Below are positions 36,022 to 44,475 of a DNA stretch of 64,000 bases, in pieces. Source of the stretch: Actinomycetota bacterium (GTDB lineage: Bacteria > Actinomycetota > Acidimicrobiia > Acidimicrobiales > SZUA-35); NCBI GenBank assembly GCA_039029735.1, contig JBCCFL010000002.1, positions 196,521 through 260,520 on the forward strand, given 5' to 3'. The notes beneath the pieces were generated by a model. That model was given only the letters and a program-made list of their open reading frames with translations. It was not told the origin of the DNA and made no database searches. Position numbers and translations under genes: made by a program. Every line of letters begins with the position of its first letter. Within the stretch, counting starts at the first letter, position 1.

Positions 36022-37608
36022 ATGCGGGCCAACGATGATCAGCGCGCCGGCGGCTACGTGCTGCCGGCCACGGCGCTGCTCGTCGTGCCGCTCCTGGTGT
36101 TCGCGGCGCTTGCCGTGGACGTCGGCGGCTGGACCGTGGAGGCGAACCGCACGCAGGCGGCGGCCGATGCGGCGGCGCTCGCCGGTGCCCCCCTGCTGCC
36201 TGATCAGACCAAGGCCACCCAGGCGGCCCAGTACGTGGCGGCCCAGAACGGCTTCGTCGACGGGGCCGACGGCACCACCGTGGCGGTCGAGTTCCCCGGC
36301 AATCAGTCGATCCGGGTGGTGATCACCGTCGAGTCGGATCTGTACTACTCCGGGATCGTGATGGAGAACCCGGTCACGATCGGTCGCTTCGCCGAGGCCG
36401 AGGCCCTGTCGCCCATCGGGCTGAGCTCACCGACGAACGTGCTCGGCTTCGGCCCCTACTCGCTCGACGGCTCGCCGGTTGCCAACTACTGGATCCTGGA
36501 GAACAACGAATGCCAGGTCGGCCACTACGGCGACATCAAGGCCGCCCGCTACCTGTCGTCGCCCTGGTGTGGGGTTGGTCTCGGGCTGCCCGAGAATCCC
36601 GAGTTCAAAGGGCGCACCGATGGCCGCGACGGTGGCTACATGTATGTGGTCAAGATCCCGGCCGGTTTGACCGTCGGATCGAGGCTCTACATCTTCGATC
36701 CCGGCAAGTGCCCGGGCTATGGCTCGAAGCCCTCCGACGGGAGCTGGAACCGTCCCGACGGCCAGGGAACCAACCTCGAGTTCCGCCAGTGGAGCACCAA
36801 CGACTCGCCGCTGGTGCCAACCGACGACTTCCCGGTCACGGGCTGGATCCGCTACGACGACTGCGCCGAGGACCTGCCATACCCCGCCGCGTCGTGGACC
36901 GACCAGACCGACGGGTGGACCTCCACCGCCTTCACGTTCCCACCCAATACGTCAGGCGAGACCGAGTACCACCTCATCCAGACCCGAACCCTGCCGGCCA
37001 CCCGGTCGGGCTGGAACCACTACGCCTTTTGGGTGCGCCCCGACGATGGCACCACGTCATGCCTCACGATCGGGTCGACCACGTGTCCGTCCGTTGGAGC
37101 GGAGACCTGGGCCCCCACCCAGGCGCGGGGCGAGGTGGCCGGGGTGCCGATGGAGCTGTTCCTGGCCGAGGTCGGTCCTGAGCACGCCGGCCGGGTGATG
37201 ACGGTGCGGCTGTGGGATCCGGGTGAGGGCATGAACAACATCCAGGTGATCGACCCGCTCGACCGCTCGCTCGACTTCACCTGGACCTCCGACGACACCC
37301 TCAACTACGCCGGCACCAACCCGTCGGACACGTGCTCGGGCAACCCCTGCCTGTACCTGGATCCCACGTTCAGCGGATATCCGGCCAAGCTCAGCAATCC
37401 CGGGTGGGGAAACCACTGGCGGTTCAACGGCCGGGTGGTCAACCTGAACGTGCCCCTCGACAGTCAGGTCGACTTTCCCGCCTACGCCACCAGTCCCAAC
37501 GGATTCTGGTTCCGTATCCGCTTCGAGCCCACGCCCACCAACGCCGCGCGCGAGTGGGCGTCGTTCGGCGTCAGCATCGGCGGCGACCCGATCCGGCTCA
37601 CGGACTGA
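36022..37608 (+). CDS. TadG-like (Tad/PF13400-type N-terminus) pseudopilin with a large Cys-containing C-terminal domain
   Basis: GGYVLPATALLVVPLLVFAALAVDVGGWTVEANRTQAAADAAALAGA is the TadG-type N-terminal module. I recognise no vWA motif. Confidence 0.65.
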   Translation: MRANDDQRAGGYVLPATALLVVPLLVFAALAVDVGGWTVEANRTQAAADAAALAGAPLLPDQTKATQAAQYVAAQNGFVDGADGTTVAVEFPGNQSIRVVITVESDLYYSGIVMENPVTIGRFAEAEALSPIGLSSPTNVLGFGPYSLDGSPVANYWILENNECQVGHYGDIKAARYLSSPWCGVGLGLPENPEFKGRTDGRDGGYMYVVKIPAGLTVGSRLYIFDPGKCPGYGSKPSDGSWNRPDGQGTNLEFRQWSTNDSPLVPTDDFPVTGWIRYDDCAEDLPYPAASWTDQTDGWTSTAFTFPPNTSGETEYHLIQTRTLPATRSGWNHYAFWVRPDDGTTSCLTIGSTTCPSVGAETWAPTQARGEVAGVPMELFLAEVGPEHAGRVMTVRLWDPGEGMNNIQVIDPLDRSLDFTWTSDDTLNYAGTNPSDTCSGNPCLYLDPTFSGYPAKLSNPGWGNHWRFNGRVVNLNVPLDSQVDFPAYATSPNGFWFRIRFEPTPTNAAREWASFGVSIGGDPIRLTD

Positions 37609-37615
37609 CGTCGCC

Positions 37616-38281
37616 GTGTTCTTCGCGTTCCTCGTTCTCCGGCACCGCCGACTCGTTGCCTCCGAACGCGGCACGTCGTTGGTGACCTACTCCCTGGTGT
37701 TGGCCTTGGTCACCGTGTCGTCGCTGGGAGCTGTCGACGCGCTCCTTGCCTCGTCGAGCTCGCTGCTCGAGGACAGCGGCGACGACATAGGCACGCCCCG
37801 CTCGTACCGCAACGACGCGGTCCTCGAGGCGAACGCGCCACCGGCATGGGCGTCCACCACGTTGCCGCCGACGCTCGTGACGTTCGTCGAGAAGCCGATC
37901 CAAACGGCGGGAGGTTGCCTGGCGGTGAGTGGCACCACGATCGGTCAGGTGCCCTGTGGTGACCCGGCCGAGACGCTCTTCTCCGGGCTCAGCGAGGACG
38001 CCACCCTCATCACACTCAGCACGGCCGATGCCACCGTGTGCGTGCACGGCGACCCGGCTGGGGTACCCGACACGGTCACGATGATCCCGTGCACTGGCTT
38101 GCTTCCCGAATGGGAGCAGATCGCCGCTGAAGGCGTGGCCGTGATGTATCGCCACCAGGCGTCGGGCCTCTGCCTCACCGGCGTGGCCACCGGCGCACCG
38201 GTACCGCCACCAGCAGCCCTCGTACTCGCCACCTGCGACGAATCCCCGCAACAGGTCATGACCCTGGTGTACGGCGGATGA
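37616..38281 (+). CDS. Flp-type pilin N-terminus fused to a putative ricin-B-like beta-trefoil domain
   Basis: ..RLVASERG|TSLVTYSLVLALVTVSSLGAV aligns to the Flp at 33424-33609. The C-terminal ~130 aa has three Cys-pair subrepeats. Confidence 0.6.
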   Translation: MFFAFLVLRHRRLVASERGTSLVTYSLVLALVTVSSLGAVDALLASSSSLLEDSGDDIGTPRSYRNDAVLEANAPPAWASTTLPPTLVTFVEKPIQTAGGCLAVSGTTIGQVPCGDPAETLFSGLSEDATLITLSTADATVCVHGDPAGVPDTVTMIPCTGLLPEWEQIAAEGVAVMYRHQASGLCLTGVATGAPVPPPAALVLATCDESPQQVMTLVYGG

Positions 38282-38886
38282 GCCGGGCGAGGGGGCACCG
38301 CCGGAGTGAACGTGGTGCGAGCATGATCGAGACGGCTCTCGTCACCCCGATCTTCCTCGCCTTGGTGTTGATGATCATGGAGGTGGGATTCCGACTCCGC
38401 AACGACATCATCGCCGCCAACGCGTCGGCCGCTGCGATGCGGGCCCTCACCGTTGCCGGCAGTAGCCCCGAAGCCGACTACCTCGCGCTGCGAAGCCTGG
38501 AGCACGGCCTCTCGACGATCTCGCTCGAGGACGTGGAGCGGGTGGTGGTGTATCGGGCGTCCGGGCCCGGCGATCAGGTGCCGGCTGCCTGCCTGTCGGT
38601 GCCGATTCCAACCGGGCTCGACTGCAACGGGTACACCGCTCCCGACTTCTACCTCGCATACGCCAACGCCGTCGGCACGCCAACTGGTCACTGGGGTTGT
38701 GGCGTGACCGCCCGTGACGACCGTTGGTGCCCGACCACGCGCCAGTCGTCACTCTCCGACCCGGGTGGCCCCGATCACATCGGGATCTATGTGCGGCTGA
38801 GCCGAGGCACGCTCACCGGCGCCATCGGCGGGGCGCAGATCATCGAGGTCGACCGCATCGCCCGCATCGAACCGCAGAGCAACTGA
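38278..38886 (+). CDS. TadE-like pseudopilin
   Basis: The N-terminus is HRRSERG|ASMIETALVTPIFLALVLMIMEVG. There is an ATGA overlap with the upstream gene. Confidence 0.75.
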   Translation: MSRARGHRRSERGASMIETALVTPIFLALVLMIMEVGFRLRNDIIAANASAAAMRALTVAGSSPEADYLALRSLEHGLSTISLEDVERVVVYRASGPGDQVPAACLSVPIPTGLDCNGYTAPDFYLAYANAVGTPTGHWGCGVTARDDRWCPTTRQSSLSDPGGPDHIGIYVRLSRGTLTGAIGGAQIIEVDRIARIEPQSN

Positions 38887-39482
38887 TGGCGCCACCGCCG
38901 ACCATCGGAGCGCCGCGGGGTGCATGTACCGCCACGCGTCACGAGCGAGGGGCCGCGATCCTCGAACTCGCCTTCGTGTTCGTGCCGTTGATCCTGATCG
39001 CCGTGATCACAGTGGAGCTCGGGCTGATGTGGAAACAGCAGCTCGACGTCGACCAGTCGGCTCGGGCCGGCGCTCGGGCGGCGGCGGCGTTGACCAACGA
39101 CCCCGAGGCCGACCGTGAAGCACTGCGGTCCCTCGTGGGGTCGTTGTCGCCGGAGGCGCTGGCCAATGTCGATGCCGTGGTGATCTACCAGGCCCCGGCC
39201 TCGGGGGACATGCCCGGAATCTGCGCCATCTCCAGCACCTCGATGTGCAATCGGTACCCGGCATCAGTGCTGGCTGACCTCGACGACGACAGTCGTTGGG
39301 GGTGCGGGGGCGCGGCGCATGACCGGTTCTGGTGCCCCACCGCCCGTGACCCGCAGCTCCACGCGCCGGTCGAGGCCGGAGTTCGCATCGAGTTCCGGCA
39401 CGACTGGCGCCTCGGCATGTTCCCTGACGGCGTCGACCTGTCGGCGACGACAGTCATGCGCCTCGATCCGCTGATCCGCTGA
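38886..39482 (+). CDS. TadE-like pseudopilin (paralog)
   Basis: The N-terminus is TRHERG|AAILELAFVFVPLILIAVITVELG. There is a TGATG overlap with the upstream gene. Confidence 0.75.
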   Translation: MAPPPTIGAPRGACTATRHERGAAILELAFVFVPLILIAVITVELGLMWKQQLDVDQSARAGARAAAALTNDPEADREALRSLVGSLSPEALANVDAVVIYQAPASGDMPGICAISSTSMCNRYPASVLADLDDDSRWGCGGAAHDRFWCPTARDPQLHAPVEAGVRIEFRHDWRLGMFPDGVDLSATTVMRLDPLIR

Positions 39483-39504
39483 TCCGCTAGTCCGCCGATC
39501 CGCC
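39465..39504 (+). repeat. five tandem 8-bp units (gatccgct x3, agtccgcc, gatccgcc)
   Basis: It was read directly. It spans the TadE-like stop codon (39480-39482) and the spacer before the next gene. Confidence 0.8.
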
Positions 39505-39549
39505 GACGGCGATCGTCGCTGGCGCAGCCCGGTTGGCTAGGTTGCACCC

Positions 39550-41481
39550 ATGACCTCCTGGCACAAGGTGCTCACCCCCGACGAGCTGCCCGAGGGCCGC
39601 GTCACCACGGTCACGATCGGCCGTCGCTCACTGGCTCTCACCCACTACGACGGCCGTTACGGCGCGCTCGACAACCGTTGCCCCCACCAGGGTGGTCCGC
39701 TCGGGGAGGGCTCCATCGAGAAGGGCTGGCTCCGGTGCCCCTGGCACGGGTACGACTACTCGCCCCACGACGGCCAGCCGCCGGCCGGCTTCTCCGATGC
39801 GCCGCCATGTTTCGCAGTCGAGGTTCGCGACGACGGTGTGTACGTGGAGCTGCCACCCGAGCCCGCGCAACCACGAACCGTCTCGGACGTGATGGTGGAG
39901 ACCATGATCAACTGGGGGGTCGACACCGTGTTCGGCATGGTGGGCCATTCCAACCTCGGTTTCGCCGACGCCATGCGCAAAGCCGAGGGTCGCGGTGACC
40001 TCCGCTACATCGGGATCCGCCACGAGGGTGCCGCTGCGTTCGCCGCCAGCGCCTACGGCAAGCTCACCGGCCGTCTTGCCGGCTGCTTCGGCATCGCGGG
40101 CCCGGGTTCGACCAATCTGCTCACGGGGCTCTACGACGCCAAGGTGGACCGCGCCCCCGTGCTCGCTCTGTCGGGCCAGGTGCCGTCGAAGGTCATCGGC
40201 CGGGGTGCCTTCCAGGACCTCGACCTCACCGGTGCGTTCGCCGACGTGGCCCGCTACTCCGAGACCATCCATTCCGGTTCCAACCACGCCGAACTGATGA
40301 CGCTCGCCTGCAAGACGGCGATCATCGAGCGCGATGTTGCCCACCTCGTGTTCCCCGACGAGGTGCAGGAGATCGCCTCCGACGCTGCTGCTGGTGGTCC
40401 GGTCGGCCGCACCGGCAACCGGGGGATCGCGCCGCCGGCCGAGGTGCTGGCCGCAGCCGCTGATCGCCTCGCCGCCGCCGAACGGCCACTGGTGATCGTG
40501 GGGGCCGGAGCCCGCCACGAGATGCCGGCCGTGCTGGCCCTGGCCGAGCAGATCGGAGCGCCGATCGCCACCACGTTCAAGGGCAAGGGGCTCGTGTCGG
40601 ATCGTCACCCGCTCGGCTGCGGTGTGCTCGGGCGTAGTGGCACCCCGATCGCCAGCTGGTTCATGAACGAGAGCGATCTGATCGTCACCTTCGGGGCGTC
40701 GTTCGCCAACCACACCGGCATTGCCGAGTACAAGCCGATCATTCAGATCGACGACGATCCGATGGCGCTCGGCCGCTTCCATTCGGTCGAGATCCCCGTT
40801 CAGGCGAACATCGCGGTGGCCGCCGCTGCGTTGGCCGACGCGGTGGCCGGACGTGCCACATGCATCGATCACCGGCCCGAAGTGGCCGAGCGGTGGGAGA
40901 TCTGGCGGGCGGAGAAGGCGTCTCGTCTGGCCGATGATCACGGCAAGGGCCTTGGTGCCGCCGCCCTGTTCGACTCGCTCACCCGGGTGTGTCCCGAGGA
41001 TGCCGTGCTGTGTGTGGACGTCGGCAACAACACCTACAGCTTCGGTCGATACTTCGAGGCCACCAATCAAGACGTGCTCATGTCGGGCTACCTCGGCTCG
41101 ATCGGCTTCGGCTTCCCTGCTGCGATGGGGGCGTGGGCCGCTGTTGGTGGCAGTCGCCCAGTGGTCAGTGTGTCGGGCGACGGTGGGTTCGGTCAGTACG
41201 CCATGGAGATCACCACTGCGGTGAAGTACGGGATGAACATCACCCACGTACTTATGAACAACGGCGAGTTGGGCAAGATCTCCAAGGAGCAGCGGAGCGC
41301 CGAGTTCGATGTGTGGCAGACGAGCCTGCACAACCCGTCGTTCGCGGCGTTCGCCGAGTTGAGCGGCGCACTCGGGATCCGAGTCACCGATGCATCGGAA
41401 CTCGACGAGGCGCTTGCCCGCGCCCTCGCCCATGACGGCCCTGCGCTCGTCGAGGTGATGACCGACGCCGCTCTCGTCTGA
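39550..41481 (+). CDS. Rieske [2Fe-2S] domain fused to a TPP-dependent enzyme, paralog 2
   Basis: It has CPHQGGPLGEGSIEKGWLRCPWH and GDGGFGQYAME..NNGELG. It has 643 codons and is colinear with paralog 1. Confidence 0.85.
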   Translation: MTSWHKVLTPDELPEGRVTTVTIGRRSLALTHYDGRYGALDNRCPHQGGPLGEGSIEKGWLRCPWHGYDYSPHDGQPPAGFSDAPPCFAVEVRDDGVYVELPPEPAQPRTVSDVMVETMINWGVDTVFGMVGHSNLGFADAMRKAEGRGDLRYIGIRHEGAAAFAASAYGKLTGRLAGCFGIAGPGSTNLLTGLYDAKVDRAPVLALSGQVPSKVIGRGAFQDLDLTGAFADVARYSETIHSGSNHAELMTLACKTAIIERDVAHLVFPDEVQEIASDAAAGGPVGRTGNRGIAPPAEVLAAAADRLAAAERPLVIVGAGARHEMPAVLALAEQIGAPIATTFKGKGLVSDRHPLGCGVLGRSGTPIASWFMNESDLIVTFGASFANHTGIAEYKPIIQIDDDPMALGRFHSVEIPVQANIAVAAAALADAVAGRATCIDHRPEVAERWEIWRAEKASRLADDHGKGLGAAALFDSLTRVCPEDAVLCVDVGNNTYSFGRYFEATNQDVLMSGYLGSIGFGFPAAMGAWAAVGGSRPVVSVSGDGGFGQYAMEITTAVKYGMNITHVLMNNGELGKISKEQRSAEFDVWQTSLHNPSFAAFAELSGALGIRVTDASELDEALARALAHDGPALVEVMTDAALV

Positions 41482-41503
41482 GGGCCTCCCTTCGGTGCGG
41501 TGA

Positions 41504-42505
41504 TCAGGGCTCGATCACGATGCGGCCGGTCGCCTGGCCGGACGCCAACAAGTCGATGGCAGCGCCGACCTCATCGAGCCCGAATCGGTGGGCGACGCTC
41601 GGTGTGAGCTGACCTGTCTCGATCAGGCCCGAGAGCACCTGGAGGGGGCGTTTGGTGCGTTTCGTGGACATCGGCACCGACTCGCCGACGAAGAGCCCGG
41701 CGAGGATCTGGCCAAAGAAGCCCGGGAGGTTGCCGAGCCAGGGGCGCCACGTCGGGTCGTAGCCGTAGTGGCCGACCACCACGTAGCGACCGTCGTCGTT
41801 CAGCGCGCCGCGATAGGCCTTGATCGGACGCATGGTCGCCACATCGATGATGCGGTCCCACGTTTGGCCGAGGGTGGTGAAGTCGTGCTCGGTGTGGTCG
41901 ATCGTGTGGGTGGCACCGAGCGATCGGAGCCGGTCGAAGGTCTCGGCCCGGTCGACGGCAGTCACCACTGCGCCACGGGCGGCTGCGAGCTGCACGGCGA
42001 AGGCGCCGACGCCGCCAGCCGCGCCGTTGACCAGCACCTCGTGCCCCTCGGCCACCTGCCCTTCGTCGTAGGTGACGTTCACGGCGATGCCGCCCGTTGA
42101 TGGGACGGTGGCCGCCTCGGCGAATCCGATCGCCGCCGGCTTGGCCTCCAGCCGGTGGGCGTCCACCACGGCGTACTCGGCGTAGGTGCCGCCGTTCTTC
42201 CACTGGAGCGTCACCGTCTCGGCGTACACCTCGTCGCCGATGGCCCACCCGTCCACCTCGGCCCCCACCTCGTGGATCGTGCCGGCGAAGTCGATGCCGG
42301 GCGTGGGGTGCGTGGGGCGGCGAATCCCGCCACCCATCAGGCGAAGGACCCGCGGTCGCCCGTGCACCATGTGCCACACGTCGGCGTTGACCGACGCCGC
42401 GGCGACGCGGACCACCACTTGATCGGGCCCGGCGTCGGGCATGGGGAGATCAGCAACCGCCAGGGCGTCGGCGCCCCAGTAGCGCTGTTGCACGACGGCC
42501 TTCAT
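41504..42505 (-). CDS. NAD(P)H-dependent quinone oxidoreductase / MDR family
   Basis: It has a GroES-like N-terminus and the Rossmann motif VNGAAGGVGAFAVQLA. Confidence 0.75.
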   Translation of the reverse strand: MKAVVQQRYWGADALAVADLPMPDAGPDQVVVRVAAASVNADVWHMVHGRPRVLRLMGGGIRRPTHPTPGIDFAGTIHEVGAEVDGWAIGDEVYAETVTLQWKNGGTYAEYAVVDAHRLEAKPAAIGFAEAATVPSTGGIAVNVTYDEGQVAEGHEVLVNGAAGGVGAFAVQLAAARGAVVTAVDRAETFDRLRSLGATHTIDHTEHDFTTLGQTWDRIIDVATMRPIKAYRGALNDDGRYVVVGHYGYDPTWRPWLGNLPGFFGQILAGLFVGESVPMSTKRTKRPLQVLSGLIETGQLTPSVAHRFGLDEVGAAIDLLASGQATGRIVIEP

Positions 42506-42583
42506 GGGCCTCGTCTTATCACGCCCCAGGCCCTCGCCGCTCGCGAGTTCCAGCTGACCTGATCTCCGCCGTGCGCCGGTGAG

Positions 42584-43450
42584 TCACCCGAGGAGGCGGA
42601 GCTGGGCGGCGGCCGTGGTCGGCTCGGGGAGGGGTTCGAGGTCAGCGACGAGTTCGGCCACGTTGGCGTGGAACTGGCGGGCCAGCGCCGGGGCCCAGGC
42701 GTTGTCCGGCGTGTGGAGGAACACCGTGGGCTCACGCCCTTCCTCGATCCACTGCGCCACCTTCGGCACCCACTTCGCCCACCACTCGGGGTTGGCCTGG
42801 GGGTCGGTTGGGCCGATGAAGCGCACGATCGGGTTGGGCCCGATGGCCACGGGCCGCACCGGCAACCGAGGCTTGCGCTCGAACGCCTCGATCTCGGCCG
42901 GCGTGACGCACGGCCCGGCGAACACCCCACGGGTGTCGATGATCACCCGCTCGGCGCCGTGATGGGCGAGCAGATCGTTGAGCCGGCGCTCGATGTCGCC
43001 ACCCTCGCAAAAGCGAGGATCGCGCACCTCGACGGCGAAGGAGAAGGTGGTCGGGAGTCCGTCGAGGAAGCGGGCCAGTACCCCGAGGTCGTCGGGGCCG
43101 AACGACGCAGGAAGCTGAACGAGTACCGGCGCAGCGCGGGGCCCGAGGGGCTCGAACCGATCGAGCGCCTCAGTCACCAGCGGTTCTGCGCTGCGGAGGC
43201 GGCGATCATGGGTGATCGTGCGCGGCAGCTTGCACACGAACCGGAACGACTCGGGCGTGTCGGCCGCCCAGCGGGCGACGGTGGCCGGCGCCGGCAGCCC
43301 ATAGAAGGTGGTGTTGCCCTCGACGGCCGTGCACCATGTGCAGTAGGCCAGCAGCTCGCGGCCGGCCGGTGTGTCCTGGGGGAAGTACCGACCTACCCAT
43401 TGGCGGTCGGCCCACTGCGCACATCCCACCCGCAGTCGAGGCTGCTCCAT
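42584..43450 (-). CDS. DUF72 (UPF0759) family protein
   Basis: It has VGCAQWADRQWVGRYFP, EGNTTFYGLP and VQLPASF. Confidence 0.75.
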   Translation of the reverse strand: MEQPRLRVGCAQWADRQWVGRYFPQDTPAGRELLAYCTWCTAVEGNTTFYGLPAPATVARWAADTPESFRFVCKLPRTITHDRRLRSAEPLVTEALDRFEPLGPRAAPVLVQLPASFGPDDLGVLARFLDGLPTTFSFAVEVRDPRFCEGGDIERRLNDLLAHHGAERVIIDTRGVFAGPCVTPAEIEAFERKPRLPVRPVAIGPNPIVRFIGPTDPQANPEWWAKWVPKVAQWIEEGREPTVFLHTPDNAWAPALARQFHANVAELVADLEPLPEPTTAAAQLRLLG

Positions 43451-43522
43451 GTCGTCACTCTAGGGCCAGGAAATTCTGTGGTCCGATGGGAACCAGGAGC
43501 CGCTGCGCATCGTCATAGGGGC

Positions 43523-44359
43523 ATGAACAACACGCGACTGCTCGTGGCGATCCTTGCTGCCGGCGCCCTGACGCTCGCTGCCTGCGGTGGAGACGACGCC
43601 ACCGTTGCCGGTGGGCCGGGCGATGCCAGCACCACAGACAGCACGACGAACGCCGGCACCGACGGCTCGAACACTGACGATGCCACCACCGACAGCACCA
43701 TCAACGATGGCAACGACGATGCCTCGGGGAGCGACATGACCGATGACGACGCAGCCGATGGTGCCTCGGGTGATGCCTCCGATGGCCTGTCCGGATCGGT
43801 GATTGGAGACGCCAACATCGGCGGCGAGGTGGTCGATCCCATGCCCCACGCCATCGACGAGATCTTCATCCTCGAGTCATATCCCGAGCAGCTCTCGTTG
43901 CAGTTCACGGCGGGTGACATCAACTGCCTCGCGGCGGACGCCACGGCCGCAGTCGTCGGCGACGAGATCGTCGTCGAACTGCTGGTCGGCATCACCACCG
44001 ACGCACTCGCGAAGTCGTGCGTCGCCGGCGAGTTCGAGCACTCGATCACGATCCCGCTCACCGAGGGGCTCGACGGTCGCGAGCTGGTCTACGACGTCGG
44101 TACGTCGAGCTCCGGGGGTGTGACCGAGGAAGCGGACGATGAGGAGCAGGCCGAACTCGAACCCGATCCCCGGCCGTTCGAGGTGGCGCTGGTCGGACTG
44201 AGCGAGGCTGCCGCCCGGGAAGCGGCCGAGGCGGCCGGCTACCAGTGGCGAGTGGTTCACCGTGATGGGCAGGACTTCGCCGTGACCCTCGACTACAACG
44301 AGAACCGAGTCAACGTGACGATCGTCGATTCAGTGGTGGTCGAGGCCACCCGGGGCTGA
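43523..44359 (+). CDS. acidic lipoprotein with a C-terminal peptidase-inhibitor-I78-like module
   Basis: The lipobox is LTLAAC. The C-terminus LVGLSEAAAREAAEAAGYQWRVVHRDGQDFAVTLDYNENRVNVTIVDSVVVEATRG resembles the I78 pattern. Confidence 0.55.
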   Translation: MNNTRLLVAILAAGALTLAACGGDDATVAGGPGDASTTDSTTNAGTDGSNTDDATTDSTINDGNDDASGSDMTDDDAADGASGDASDGLSGSVIGDANIGGEVVDPMPHAIDEIFILESYPEQLSLQFTAGDINCLAADATAAVVGDEIVVELLVGITTDALAKSCVAGEFEHSITIPLTEGLDGRELVYDVGTSSSGGVTEEADDEEQAELEPDPRPFEVALVGLSEAAAREAAEAAGYQWRVVHRDGQDFAVTLDYNENRVNVTIVDSVVVEATRG

Positions 44360-44475
44360 TCGCTTCCGGCACGCCGGGCTGCGCAGCCCGTGCTGTCGCA
44401 CTAGCTTGAGGGCTCGATCAGTGGGTGTTGCGCCTGCTGGTCGTGTGCTCGTGTTGTCGGACCGGAGGTGGGCTC

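Noticed and set aside
39628-41433. A 601-aa minus-strand ORF, and its counterpart at 22627-23685 on the plus strand
   Set aside because: Both are antisense shadows of the two Rieske::TPP genes.
22393-41481. The two Rieske::TPP genes as a recent duplication or as terminal repeats of a mobile element
   Set aside because: The DNA copies differ at many synonymous sites. No transposase, integrase or direct repeats are visible. An old paralogy is more likely.
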